Part shown: positions 38,570-48,158 of the stretch, piece by piece | How the letters are laid out: every line of letters starts with the position of its first letter | How positions within the stretch are numbered: position 1 is the first letter of the stretch | IMG/VR virus record: IMGVR_UViG_3300017773_000002 | Location: 1 to 64,000 of that record | Origin: a virus | DNA length: 64,000 nt | Reading direction: 5' to 3' (one strand) | Position numbers and translations under genes: made by a program | The notes under the pieces: model-generated | What the model saw: the letters and a program-made list of their open reading frames with translations, nothing else | The model's database searches: none | Told to the model about the DNA's origin: nothing

Positions 38570-38839
38570 ATGGAAATTGATACTTTATTTACATACGTAT
38601 TAATATCTTTGGTTATTGGTATCATAGGGTATATAATGTTATTTAAGAAAACTGATCCTAAAACTGGACAATTGACCTCAAGATTTTTGACGGAATCTCC
38701 CCCTAAAAAATCCATCGATAAGATGACTAAAAGAGAACTTATCGAACTCGCCAGTCATCATGGAATAGATATAGTAAAGGATTTGAAAAAGGGAGATATG
38801 TTGACCACATTGAAAAACTGTGGTCTTAAGTCAGAATAA
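38570..38839 (+). CDS. TM-anchored HeH (Rho-N/SAP-like) protein
   Basis: N-terminal TM; IDKMTKRELIELA...LKKGDML. Confidence 0.55.
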   Translation: MEIDTLFTYVLISLVIGIIGYIMLFKKTDPKTGQLTSRFLTESPPKKSIDKMTKRELIELASHHGIDIVKDLKKGDMLTTLKNCGLKSE

Positions 38840-38845
38840 ATTTCT

Positions 38846-39718
38846 GTGAAGTTTTACATTCTCACTTCTAATCATATAGAGTGCCTAAAAAGACACTTTT
38901 ATAAAATACCTACTGGTGAAGCCGTAGTCGTCATTAATTCTTTGGATGAGAATTATATAGATGCTGCGGTTTCTTTTTGTGTAAAACATAAAATAGAACA
39001 CTATGTTACTGAATCGGATGGAACTCCAGCAACTGGTAAAAACTCTGTACTAAAATTATTCCTAGAAAGCGATAATGAATACATGGTGCATATTGATGGA
39101 GATGATATATTAACTGAATATGGAATAGACCTTTACAAACGCATGTCTATGTGGTATAATGCACCAGATTGTTTGGTTTTATATCGACAAAAAGCAGTAA
39201 AAAAATCTAAAAGGGGAGACTGGTATGTACATTATTTCCCATTTGATAAGTCTTCTTCAGAAAATCAAAATATATCTAAAGAAGATCTTATAGATTTTTT
39301 TATGGACAAAGAATATGGAAACTACTCAAAAAGTAAGGCACAAAAATTAACTGAAGAAAGATTAAAATTTAATGACACTGTAAAAAAATATAGTGAATCT
39401 CACGAATCTATGTGCAGAATAGTTTTCTTCTCTAGAAAATGTGCGGAAATGATGAATTATGATAACTCTTTAGTTATTGGTGAAGATACAATACAATTTT
39501 TAAAACTTAAAAGGATCGCACTTAGTGGTGGTCTAAATATGGTAAGATACAGAGAAAGAACTAAACCCACATATTTCTATATGCAAGACTATGAGGGAAC
39601 TGTTAAAAAAAATAATTGGGACTGGGTTGGACCATTTAATAAAATGGTAGAACAATTGGGGACTTTACCGGAATATCAGAGCTTACCAGAGTTTTTAGAT
39701 GATGGAACTAACAAGTAA
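38846..39718 (+). CDS. GT-A glycosyltransferase-like protein
   Basis: GTPATGKN, HIDGDD, GED. Confidence 0.7.
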   Translation: MKFYILTSNHIECLKRHFYKIPTGEAVVVINSLDENYIDAAVSFCVKHKIEHYVTESDGTPATGKNSVLKLFLESDNEYMVHIDGDDILTEYGIDLYKRMSMWYNAPDCLVLYRQKAVKKSKRGDWYVHYFPFDKSSSENQNISKEDLIDFFMDKEYGNYSKSKAQKLTEERLKFNDTVKKYSESHESMCRIVFFSRKCAEMMNYDNSLVIGEDTIQFLKLKRIALSGGLNMVRYRERTKPTYFYMQDYEGTVKKNNWDWVGPFNKMVEQLGTLPEYQSLPEFLDDGTNK

Positions 39719-40064
39719 AAATTTAATATTATATGCAGCACAACATTATTATAATCCAACATGTATAGACAGTGAAGAATTCTTTTCTGATTTAAAAAGA
39801 TTCAAGTACGTAAAAAGATTATTAAATAAATATGTATCTTCTAATGAATTGTCCGAAAGACTTATATTGAATCATCTCATCGTGATTTTTAATGTTTTCG
39901 GGAATGAAGCTGGAGTAGAGATGTTAGCATTAAAAATAGAAGGTATTGAACAGTGGAACGCATTAAAACCTTTCCTTATATTTTTAAAGGCGATAAATAA
40001 TGATGATCTGACTGGTATTAATATGGACAAAAACGTAATAAAGACACTAAGAGATATGAGATAA
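39699..40064 (+). CDS. Conserved T4-like phage hypothetical protein
   Basis: YYNPTC, EEF.SDLKRFKY, ERLILNHLIV. Confidence 0.75.
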   Translation: MMELTSKNLILYAAQHYYNPTCIDSEEFFSDLKRFKYVKRLLNKYVSSNELSERLILNHLIVIFNVFGNEAGVEMLALKIEGIEQWNALKPFLIFLKAINNDDLTGINMDKNVIKTLRDMR

Positions 40065-40663
40065 TGGGACTATTAAAATCAGCAGCAGATTTAGTTTATA
40101 CGGTAAGATTTTTAAAACTATTGGTCACACCCATAGAAGAAACCGAAACTTTTAAGGCTGGAATTATAGACAAGGATGGTAAAAAACGTAAAGACTATAG
40201 TATGAATACTATGGACGAAAGAGAAGCTTACCGAAACTATTACACTCCTTTTCATAGACTTGTTTTCAATATAAAGAAACTTATGGCAAAGGCTCCGGGC
40301 GGAAGTAGTCGTTTAGCATCATACGCAGCTGCGTTATATTTGATCAAAGAACATGGAGAGTTAAACGACAAAGGAATAACGAAAATTCATAAGGATACTG
40401 GGATAGATATTCTAGACATCCTACAGGAACAGTCTGAATGGTTTATGTTAGAAAATCATCAGGTATCTCCTGGCGTTTACAGAATAAAGGAAGAAACTGT
40501 AACTTCAAATTTTGTAGAGTTAGTTTCCTCTAATGACCAGATAAGAATAACTGAAGATAATTCTCAACCTTGTGGTGAGATTTTTGGTATAAACATATAT
40601 GAGGCAATACACATAAAATCTCAACAACCCATGTATGTAACCACAGGTGAACTAAAAAAATGA
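40064..40663 (+). CDS. Conserved T4-like phage hypothetical protein
   Basis: DLVYTVRFLKLL, GIIDKDG, FHRLVFNIK. Confidence 0.75.
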   Translation: MGLLKSAADLVYTVRFLKLLVTPIEETETFKAGIIDKDGKKRKDYSMNTMDEREAYRNYYTPFHRLVFNIKKLMAKAPGGSSRLASYAAALYLIKEHGELNDKGITKIHKDTGIDILDILQEQSEWFMLENHQVSPGVYRIKEETVTSNFVELVSSNDQIRITEDNSQPCGEIFGINIYEAIHIKSQQPMYVTTGELKK

Positions 40664-41244
40664 ATCTCGTCGAAGACTGCGAGTTTCTCACCGAAGGTTG
40701 GCCTAAAAGAGAGGGTCATGTTGTTCCTAGTGAGGTAACGTGTCTTATTTTTTCTGCAATACTAAAACAAACTAACTGCAATAACTTATTTGAGATTGGT
40801 TTTAATTATGGACATAGTGCTTATACCTTTATGAGTGTTATGAAAGAACTGAATTTACATTCCGTGGATATCGGTCAGTATGATCATACCCTTGTAAATG
40901 CGGAAAAAATTAAGAATATGTTCGGAGAGAGATTTACTTTTTCTCACAGAAATTCACATTCTATAGAACCCCACGAGATAGAAAATTACGATATGGTTTT
41001 TATTGATGGTGATCATAGAACAGACGCAATGTCTAGAGATCTTAATTTATGTAATAATGCGAAAGTAAAATATATATTGGTCGATGATTATGTACGGTGT
41101 ATGTCAGAAACAGATAAGATATATCCAAGAGATTTGGTCGATCACTATCTTACAAAACTAGATTTTCCGTATCATAAATTAAAAGAGTATATATATCCAG
41201 CAACAGACAGACAAAATCACATGATTTTATTGGAGAGAGATTAA
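40660..41244 (+). CDS. Class I SAM-dependent methyltransferase
   Basis: EIGFNYGHS, VFIDGDH, VDD. Confidence 0.85.
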   Translation: MNLVEDCEFLTEGWPKREGHVVPSEVTCLIFSAILKQTNCNNLFEIGFNYGHSAYTFMSVMKELNLHSVDIGQYDHTLVNAEKIKNMFGERFTFSHRNSHSIEPHEIENYDMVFIDGDHRTDAMSRDLNLCNNAKVKYILVDDYVRCMSETDKIYPRDLVDHYLTKLDFPYHKLKEYIYPATDRQNHMILLERD

Positions 41245-41435
41245 TGAGAACATTTAAACAGTGGAAAGATAATTTTGAGGAAACAGCCTCAACATCTACG
41301 ACTTCGGTTGTAGGAACTGGAGACGATAGTTCTACAGTTGTCGTTAGAAAAAAATATGACAGAAAAAAGAAAAGAAAAGATGTACCACCTATATTACAAA
41401 GAATGATTGACAGAAGAGAAAATCCTGAAATTTAG
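41244..41435 (+). CDS. Small protein with CTS-like N-terminus
   Basis: MRTFKQWKDNFEE followed by a basic tail. Confidence 0.6.
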   Translation: MRTFKQWKDNFEETASTSTTSVVGTGDDSSTVVVRKKYDRKKKRKDVPPILQRMIDRRENPEI

Positions 41436-41436
41436 C

Positions 41437-41465
41437 TTTACAAAATTATTTTTTTATGTTATAAT
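41437..41465 (+). promoter_or_regulatory. sigma70-type promoter
   Basis: TTTACA-17-TATAAT. Confidence 0.65.
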
Positions 41466-41492
41466 GTAGTAATATTATTTTGGAGTATTGTA

Positions 41493-41864
41493 ATGTCAAT
41501 TTTAAACATGGAACTGGTCTTGATGACCATAGAAGAAAAATCTGTAGTATTTTTTAATGGTAATCAAAAAAGTTTAGATGACGTAAAAAAAATATTTAAG
41601 TCTCAAGATTATGATGAAAATTCTATAGTACTTGTTAATATAGAAGGTGTTTGTGACACAGATCTACCCAAAAATATATTTTTGTTAGAGAATCCGGAAA
41701 GTTCTCTTAGAAATCATATTTTATGGCAAGGTATTTTTGAGGATGTTGAATCTAATAAGTATATAATGAATAAAGTGAAAGATTTTATTTTAAATGGAAA
41801 TCAACTTCTAGTGGAGAATTATGATTTTGAAGAAAGTGAACCATTTTATGACTATAGTAAGTGA
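41493..41864 (+). CDS. Hypothetical protein
   Basis: GGAG RBS; ORF track. Confidence 0.6.
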   Translation: MSILNMELVLMTIEEKSVVFFNGNQKSLDDVKKIFKSQDYDENSIVLVNIEGVCDTDLPKNIFLLENPESSLRNHILWQGIFEDVESNKYIMNKVKDFILNGNQLLVENYDFEESEPFYDYSK

Positions 41865-41873
41865 AGATTGATA

Positions 41874-43862
41874 ATGTCTATAAGAATAAATAAAAAAAGA
41901 GACGAGTTACTGACAGACTACGCTCTATCAATGTTACAAGACTTCTACATGCAAGAAGGTGAAGTTAGTCCACAAAATGCATATGCCCGTGCTGCCACAG
42001 CGTGGTCGACCTATAATGGAGAACTCGAAGAGGGTCTCGCACAGAGACTCTATGAGTATGTGAGTCAGAAATGGTTCATGTTTGCCTCTCCAGTATTATC
42101 TAATGCCCCTAATCCCAGAATAAAAAAGAAAAACAAGGGTCTTCCGATATCTTGTTTCCTCACCTATGTGCCTGACACAGTCGAGGGACTCATAGAGCAC
42201 TCTTCCGAACTAAGATGGTTGTCTATTATGGGTGGTGGAGTAGGAGGTCATTGGTCGGATGTCAGATCAGTTTCAGATATAGCTCCCGGCCCTATGCCCT
42301 TTTTACATACTGTCGATGCGGATATGATCGCATATCGTCAAGGTAAAACTCGGAAAGGTTCTTACGCGGCATACATGGATGTCTCCCATCCAGAAATAAT
42401 CGAATTCCTTAATATGCGTATCCCCACTGGGGATGTTCAACGTAAAGCTTTGAATCTCCATAACGCCATCAATATCAGTGATGATTTTATGGAAGCCGTA
42501 AAAAATAACAGAAACTTTCATCTAGTTTGTCCTAAAGGAAATACTATAAAAGATACTGTCAACGCTCGTAAATTGTGGGAACGTATTTTAGAAACGAGAT
42601 TTCGAACAGGGGAACCTTACCTAAATTTTATAGATACCGCCAATAGAGATCTCCCTCAACCATTAAAAGACTTGGGTTTAAAAATTCAGGGAAGCAATCT
42701 ATGTAATGAAATACATTTACCCACAGACAAAGATCGTACTGCGGTTTGTTGTTTGTCCTCCCTCAACCTTGAGTATTATGAAGAATGGAAAGATACTAAT
42801 ATCGTTAGGGATTTGGTTCGTATGTTGGATAATGTTTTAGAACATTTTATTCAGAATGCTCCAGATAGTATAAAGAGAGCCAGATTCTCTGCGTATAGAG
42901 AAAGATCCATAGGCCTTGGTGCAATGGGTTTTCACTCTTTATTACAGAAACATGGTGTAGCTTGGGAATCGGAGACCGCCAGAAATATAAATAATGCGGT
43001 CTTTAGTCATATCAACTCTGAGGCTGTTGCGGAGACAAAACATCTTGCAGAAATAAGAGGAGAATATCCGGATGGTCTGGGTAGTGGTCGCAGAAACGCC
43101 CACTTAATGGCTATTGCTCCTAACGCATCTTCTGGTGTTATTTTGAGTACAAGTCCTTCTATAGAACCATCAAAGGCGAATGCTTACACACACAGAACTC
43201 GTGCTGGTTCTTTTTTAGTTAAGAATAATTACCTTATAAAATTACTAGAGGAGAAGGGGGAGAATAACGAATCCAATTGGACATCAATTATAACCAATAA
43301 AGGTTCGGTACAACATTTACCATTCCTCACAGAAGGAGAGAAAGCGGTATTTAAAACCGCACAAGAACTTGATCAGACTTGGGTTGTTCAACATGCTGGA
43401 GATCGACAAAAATATATTTGTCAAGGACAATCCGTTAATATATTTTTCCCAGCTGGGGCAGATAAACATTATGTCAATAGGGTTCATCTTATGGCTTGGA
43501 AAATAGGTTTGAAGGGATTATATTATTTAAGAACTGAAGCTAAGAGTCGTGCAGAAAATGTTTCGGAGAAGGTAGAACGAGTTGCTCTTGGGGAGGATAC
43601 AAGAACTCTTGTTTATGGTATACCCAATTGTCCTTTCTGTCAGTTAGCGAAAGATGAATTAAAATTACGTGGCATATATTATGATTATATAAACCTAAAA
43701 GAAGTGGGTAAGACTGCGGCCGAAGTCACTGGTCGAAAGGTAAAAAGTGTACCTCAAATATATGTCTCCGGAAAATATGTTGGTGGGTACGAAGATTTAA
43801 TGAAGTTCTTGGACAATCCGGTCCAAGAAGAATCCGAAGAATGCAGAGCTTGTGAGGGATAA
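41874..43862 (+). CDS. nrdA: Class I ribonucleotide reductase alpha subunit with inserted glutaredoxin
   Basis: PISCF, SNLCNEI, APNASS, LYYLR; CPFC...SVPQI...VGGY; terminal CRAC. Confidence 0.96.
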   Translation: MSIRINKKRDELLTDYALSMLQDFYMQEGEVSPQNAYARAATAWSTYNGELEEGLAQRLYEYVSQKWFMFASPVLSNAPNPRIKKKNKGLPISCFLTYVPDTVEGLIEHSSELRWLSIMGGGVGGHWSDVRSVSDIAPGPMPFLHTVDADMIAYRQGKTRKGSYAAYMDVSHPEIIEFLNMRIPTGDVQRKALNLHNAINISDDFMEAVKNNRNFHLVCPKGNTIKDTVNARKLWERILETRFRTGEPYLNFIDTANRDLPQPLKDLGLKIQGSNLCNEIHLPTDKDRTAVCCLSSLNLEYYEEWKDTNIVRDLVRMLDNVLEHFIQNAPDSIKRARFSAYRERSIGLGAMGFHSLLQKHGVAWESETARNINNAVFSHINSEAVAETKHLAEIRGEYPDGLGSGRRNAHLMAIAPNASSGVILSTSPSIEPSKANAYTHRTRAGSFLVKNNYLIKLLEEKGENNESNWTSIITNKGSVQHLPFLTEGEKAVFKTAQELDQTWVVQHAGDRQKYICQGQSVNIFFPAGADKHYVNRVHLMAWKIGLKGLYYLRTEAKSRAENVSEKVERVALGEDTRTLVYGIPNCPFCQLAKDELKLRGIYYDYINLKEVGKTAAEVTGRKVKSVPQIYVSGKYVGGYEDLMKFLDNPVQEESEECRACEG

Positions 43863-44864
43863 ATGTCACTATTAGAATTTAGTAAATCGTACAAACCTTT
43901 CGCCTATCCTTGGGCGGTAGATATGGTAAAAAAACATGAAGAGATTCATTGGGTAGAAGATGAAGCCGAACTTTCTGAAGATATTCAGGATTGGAAGACT
44001 AAACTTTCTGAACAAGAAAAGGAATTCATAACTCAGATATTGAGACTGTTCACGCAGTCAGATGTTCAGGTAGGAGAAAACTATCACGAACTTCTTATAC
44101 CCAAATTCAAGAATAATGAAATAAGAAATATGTTAGCGTCTTTTGCTAATCGTGAAGGTGTTCATCAACGTGCTTATGCGTTGTTAAATGACACTCTAGG
44201 TTTACCTGATGAAGAACATCACGCATTCCTAGAATATAGTGAAATGGCAGATAAGTTAGACTTCATGAAAGAGGGGAATATAAACTCCCATACCGGACTA
44301 GCACTTGTTCTAGCTCAGTCCGTATTCAATGAAGGTATGTCTCTGTTTGCATCATTCGTGATGCTACTAAACTTCCAACGTTTCGGTAAGATGAAAGGTA
44401 TGGGAACTATTGTAGAGTGGTCTATCCGTGACGAGACTATGCACGTACAGGGTAATGCAAAACTATTCCGTGAGTTCTGTGAAGAACACCCACGTATTGT
44501 TAATGACGAACTCAAGTCTAAGATCTATGAGATGGCAAAGAACGCTGTTAAGTTAGAAGACCGATTCATCAAACTTGCATATAAGTCGGGTACCATTGAA
44601 GGTCTAACTGAAACAGATGTTAAACAGTACATTCGTCACATCGCTGATCGTAGGCTTCTTCAACTCGGAATGAAACCAAAGTTTGGAGTTAAGGATAACC
44701 CATTGACTTGGTTAGATTGGGTCCTTAATGGTGCCTCGCATGATAACTTCTTTGAAAAAAGAGTGACAGAGTATTCCGTAAATGGCATGGATGGAGAATG
44801 GGGATGGGAAGAGGAAGAAGAAAGTCCGGTTTGTGGCCTAGATGGTAAAGGTTGTTTAGCATAA
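43863..44864 (+). CDS. nrdB: Ribonucleotide reductase beta subunit
   Basis: FTQSD, EGVHQRAY, NEG, RDETMH, NFFE.RVTEY. Confidence 0.96.
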   Translation: MSLLEFSKSYKPFAYPWAVDMVKKHEEIHWVEDEAELSEDIQDWKTKLSEQEKEFITQILRLFTQSDVQVGENYHELLIPKFKNNEIRNMLASFANREGVHQRAYALLNDTLGLPDEEHHAFLEYSEMADKLDFMKEGNINSHTGLALVLAQSVFNEGMSLFASFVMLLNFQRFGKMKGMGTIVEWSIRDETMHVQGNAKLFREFCEEHPRIVNDELKSKIYEMAKNAVKLEDRFIKLAYKSGTIEGLTETDVKQYIRHIADRRLLQLGMKPKFGVKDNPLTWLDWVLNGASHDNFFEKRVTEYSVNGMDGEWGWEEEEESPVCGLDGKGCLA

Positions 44865-45004
44865 TGTGGGAGATAGAATGCCCAATATGCGACATTTTTA
44901 CAATAGTAAAGATAAGGTACGAAATAGATGAGGATGAAGTCCCTCGTTTTTGTCCTATGTGTGGTTCTGATATAGACGCTGAAGAGGTAGATGATTACGA
45001 GTAG
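44864..45004 (+). CDS. Small zinc-ribbon protein (46 aa)
   Basis: CPIC...CPMCG; coupled to the nrdB stop. Confidence 0.7.
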   Translation: MWEIECPICDIFTIVKIRYEIDEDEVPRFCPMCGSDIDAEEVDDYE

Positions 45005-45028
45005 TTAATATAGACATATATAATTGTT

Positions 45029-45451
45029 ATGTGGATATATGAAGATAAAGAATTTAAACCCGACGATGAGTTCCTCAAAACTTATGTCGGGTTTGTTTAT
45101 ATGGTGACCGAAAAAGATAGTGGTAAAAAATATATTGGTAAGAAGTTATTTTGGAAACCCAAGACTTTGCCCGTCACCAAAAAGAGAAAGAGAAGAGTTA
45201 AAACTAAAGTTCAATCTGATTGGATGGATTATTATGGTTCAAGTGAGAATGTTAAATCTTTAGTTGAACAGAAAGGTGGTGAAGCTTTTAGTAGGGAGAT
45301 ACTTAGATTATGCAAATCTAAAGGAGACTGTTCTTACTATGAAGCTAAGTACCAATTTCAATACGAAGTACTAGAGTCTTCGGACTTTTACAATGAGTTT
45401 ATTGGGTGTAAGGTACATTCCAAACACCTATCTATTAACATGAAAAAATAG
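45029..45451 (+). CDS. GIY-YIG-type nuclease domain protein
   Basis: GFVY..KYIGKK, YYGSS, REIL, E..YN. Confidence 0.75.
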   Translation: MWIYEDKEFKPDDEFLKTYVGFVYMVTEKDSGKKYIGKKLFWKPKTLPVTKKRKRRVKTKVQSDWMDYYGSSENVKSLVEQKGGEAFSREILRLCKSKGDCSYYEAKYQFQYEVLESSDFYNEFIGCKVHSKHLSINMKK

Positions 45452-45461
45452 GAAATTTATT

Positions 45462-45656
45462 ATGCCAATCAAATGGAAACCCGATACAAAAGACAGGAAA
45501 AGAAATATTACTCGGTATTATATACACACTGTTCCTACCGAAGAACTCCAAGAATCTATTGCCAAAGATAACACTACGGGTAAGAAAAAACAAAAAGCCA
45601 GAAATGAACTGGTTCGTCGGAAGGCACCCCTAGTAGCGGAAACTGTTGAAGATTAA
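45462..45656 (+). CDS. Small basic hypothetical protein
   Basis: AGGA RBS; ORF track. Confidence 0.6.
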   Translation: MPIKWKPDTKDRKRNITRYYIHTVPTEELQESIAKDNTTGKKKQKARNELVRRKAPLVAETVED

Positions 45657-46522
45657 TGAAAATTGCTTTACTTATAAATGGAAATTTTCATCCATATTTA
45701 AGACGAGAAATACTTAAAGAAAATTTAAGTTCTCTTCAAAAAATATTTTCCGGTTGTGATATATTTTATCAAACTTGGGATAGTGATGAAGATCGACATA
45801 TATTTAAGGATATAAGGAATATTGTTGATATAAAGTGGGTACCTAAACCTCCTTTAGCTACTTACGATCCTTATCTTAAGGCTGTAGAAAATCTTCCTAA
45901 AAAAGATTTTTCCGGAATTAATAGAATAAAGAACTCTTCAGAGTCCGGAAAACTTATGAGAGCTCACGGTTGTTTCCAACACATATCTCTATTGGAACAG
46001 TTCAATTCTATTCCTAAAGATTATGATTTTTATATAAGAACTAGGTGGGATGCTTATTTTAATAATGAATTTCCTCTTTCCGATATTTTAGAATTAGCTA
46101 AAGATAATGTCATAGGGATAGCTACTATACCTAATCATAGTAGTGTTTTAGGAAAAACGGTTCGTAATCAAAATGATAATTACCTTCGAGTTAGGTCTAG
46201 AAGAGAATCCGTAAAAAAACAGGTAGATGGGGGCATCTATTGTATCATAGATGAAGTCGGATCTAATAATGATTATTCTCCATGCAAATGGAACAACTAC
46301 CTAAAAGATTTTTGTATAGTATTTAAAAAGGATGACATAATAGATTTTGACATAATGGATCACTATGTGAAAGAAAATTTGTATGGAGCTGAATATGGTT
46401 GGCATCAAATTCTATGTAGAAAAAGAAAACATATTAATATAGATGGACTTGTTTCAATATATAGAAATATAGATACGAGTAAAAGGAGTTATGATAGATT
46501 AAATAGAGCTAATATGTTATGA
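45656..46522 (+). CDS. Glycosyltransferase-like hypothetical protein
   Basis: KIALLING, DIFYQTWD, IRTRWD. Confidence 0.5.
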   Translation: MKIALLINGNFHPYLRREILKENLSSLQKIFSGCDIFYQTWDSDEDRHIFKDIRNIVDIKWVPKPPLATYDPYLKAVENLPKKDFSGINRIKNSSESGKLMRAHGCFQHISLLEQFNSIPKDYDFYIRTRWDAYFNNEFPLSDILELAKDNVIGIATIPNHSSVLGKTVRNQNDNYLRVRSRRESVKKQVDGGIYCIIDEVGSNNDYSPCKWNNYLKDFCIVFKKDDIIDFDIMDHYVKENLYGAEYGWHQILCRKRKHINIDGLVSIYRNIDTSKRSYDRLNRANML

Positions 46523-47877
46523 ATCGTCCTATAAAATTAATTCTTTTTGATTTAGATGGAGTATTAGTAGATGCTAAAAGTATACATTATAAGGCTTTAA
46601 ACAAAGCTTTAGGTGAAAAATATTCTATAACCGAAAGGGAACACCTTTCAATTTATGATGGATTAAAAACTATACAAAAATTAAATATGTTAACAGAACG
46701 TAAAGGTTTAGATCCAAAACTACATCCACAAATAAGTGAAAATAAACAAAAACTCACTAGAGAAATGTTATCCGAACAAAAACCAATAGAAGAAATATGT
46801 GAGTTATTTTTAGAGTTAGAAAAACTCGGATATAAAATTGGAGTATGTTCAAATTCAATAAGAAGGACGGTTTTAACTTCACTTTCACAAGCAAAAATAA
46901 TACAACATTGTTCAGTAATTCTTTCCAATGAAGATGTCAAAAATGCTAAGCCTCACCCAGAGATATATTGGAAGGCTATGTCTATGATGGGGGTTTTGCC
47001 GGAAGAAACTGTAATCGTTGAAGATAGTCCAGCTGGATTACTATCTGCACAAAGATCTCGCGCTAATTATATACGAGTGGACAATCCTTATAATACAAAT
47101 ATAAATAATATAATCCCAAAAATTGAGGGTGCACCTATGATAAAAAAGTGGAAAAATGATAAATTGAATGTTCTTATACCAATGGCTGGAGCTGGTAGTC
47201 GTTTCAAAGAGGCGGGTTACACTTTTCCTAAACCACTGATAGATGTAAATGGTAAACCTATGATCCAGAATGTTGTTGAAAATCTGGGATTAGATGCTAA
47301 TTATATATTTGTAGTACAAAAAGAACACAGAGAATATTATAACCTAGATACTATGTTAGGACTAATATCCCCAAAATGCAAAATTATTGAGGTGGATAAG
47401 ATGACTGAGGGAGCGGCATGTACCGCACTTTTAGCAAAAGAATATATAAACAATGAAAATCCACTATTCTTTGCCAATTCTGATCAGTATGTTGAATGGG
47501 AAGTTATGGAGTTTATGTATTCAATGAACGAAAAGAATGCTGACGGTGGTATTGTCACATTTGAGGCTACTCATCCAAAATGGTCTTTTGCCAAAATAGA
47601 TAATTTTGGTCTTGTAACAGAAGTTGCGGAAAAAAATCCTATAAGTAATCTTGCTACAGTCGGTTATTACTATTGGAAGAGTGGTAGTGATTTTGTTAAA
47701 TATGCTGAACAAATGATAGAAAAAAATATTAGAGTAAATAATGAGTTTTATGTGTGTCCAGTTTTTAATCAGGCGATCGAAGATTGTAAAAAAATATATA
47801 CACATAATGCTTCCAAAATGTGGGGATTGGGAACCCCAGAAGATTTGAAATATTTTTTAGAAAATTATAAAAAATAA
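46519..47877 (+). CDS. HAD phosphatase fused to a sugar nucleotidyltransferase
   Basis: FDLDGVL, KPHP, VEDS; IPMAGAGSRF..PKPLI, GLGTPEDL. Confidence 0.9.
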   Translation: MNRPIKLILFDLDGVLVDAKSIHYKALNKALGEKYSITEREHLSIYDGLKTIQKLNMLTERKGLDPKLHPQISENKQKLTREMLSEQKPIEEICELFLELEKLGYKIGVCSNSIRRTVLTSLSQAKIIQHCSVILSNEDVKNAKPHPEIYWKAMSMMGVLPEETVIVEDSPAGLLSAQRSRANYIRVDNPYNTNINNIIPKIEGAPMIKKWKNDKLNVLIPMAGAGSRFKEAGYTFPKPLIDVNGKPMIQNVVENLGLDANYIFVVQKEHREYYNLDTMLGLISPKCKIIEVDKMTEGAACTALLAKEYINNENPLFFANSDQYVEWEVMEFMYSMNEKNADGGIVTFEATHPKWSFAKIDNFGLVTEVAEKNPISNLATVGYYYWKSGSDFVKYAEQMIEKNIRVNNEFYVCPVFNQAIEDCKKIYTHNASKMWGLGTPEDLKYFLENYKK

Positions 47878-47880
47878 TAT

Positions 47881-47909
47881 TTGACAAATATTTTTTATTG
47901 TGTTATAAT
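47881..47909 (+). promoter_or_regulatory. sigma70 promoter of the tRNA cluster
   Basis: TTGACA-17-TATAAT 12 nt before tRNA-Thr. Confidence 0.8.
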
Positions 47910-47921
47910 ACACGAATTAAT

Positions 47922-47997
47922 GCTCGGATAGCTCAGTTGGTAGAGCAGCTGACTTGTAATCAGCAGGTCGCAGGTTCGACTCCTGTTCCGAGCTCCA
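47922..47997 (+). tRNA. tRNA-Thr(UGU)
   Basis: Cloverleaf, GCTGA-CTTGTAA-TCAGC, GTTCGA, CCA end. Confidence 0.95.
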
Positions 47998-48001
47998 TTT
48001 T

Positions 48002-48077
48002 GGGGGTATAGCTCAGCTGGGAGAGCGTCGCCCTTGCACGGCGAAGGTCTGCGGTTCGATCCCGCATACCTCCACCA
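48002..48077 (+). tRNA. tRNA-Ala(UGC)
   Basis: Anticodon loop CTTGCAC, G3:U70 pair, CCA end. Confidence 0.95.
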
Positions 48078-48158
48078 AACGAGTCCTATGATTGAGGACT
48101 AGTAGTTATTTGTTTCTCCTATGATGAGAATGGGATTAATCATCCCAAATAGAAACAC

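Noticed and set aside
1-44864. Introns or inteins in gp43, uvsX, gp41, nrdA and nrdB
   Set aside because: All are continuous ORFs of ordinary length with no splicing motifs
45029-45451. Mobile homing endonuclease next to nrdB
   Set aside because: Catalytic domain only, no C-terminal DNA-binding modules and no intron context; left as a GIY-YIG-type protein
48110-48157. Hammerhead ribozyme (ATGATGA...GAAAC)
   Set aside because: The core reads AUGAUGA, not CUGANGA, and there is no room for stem I
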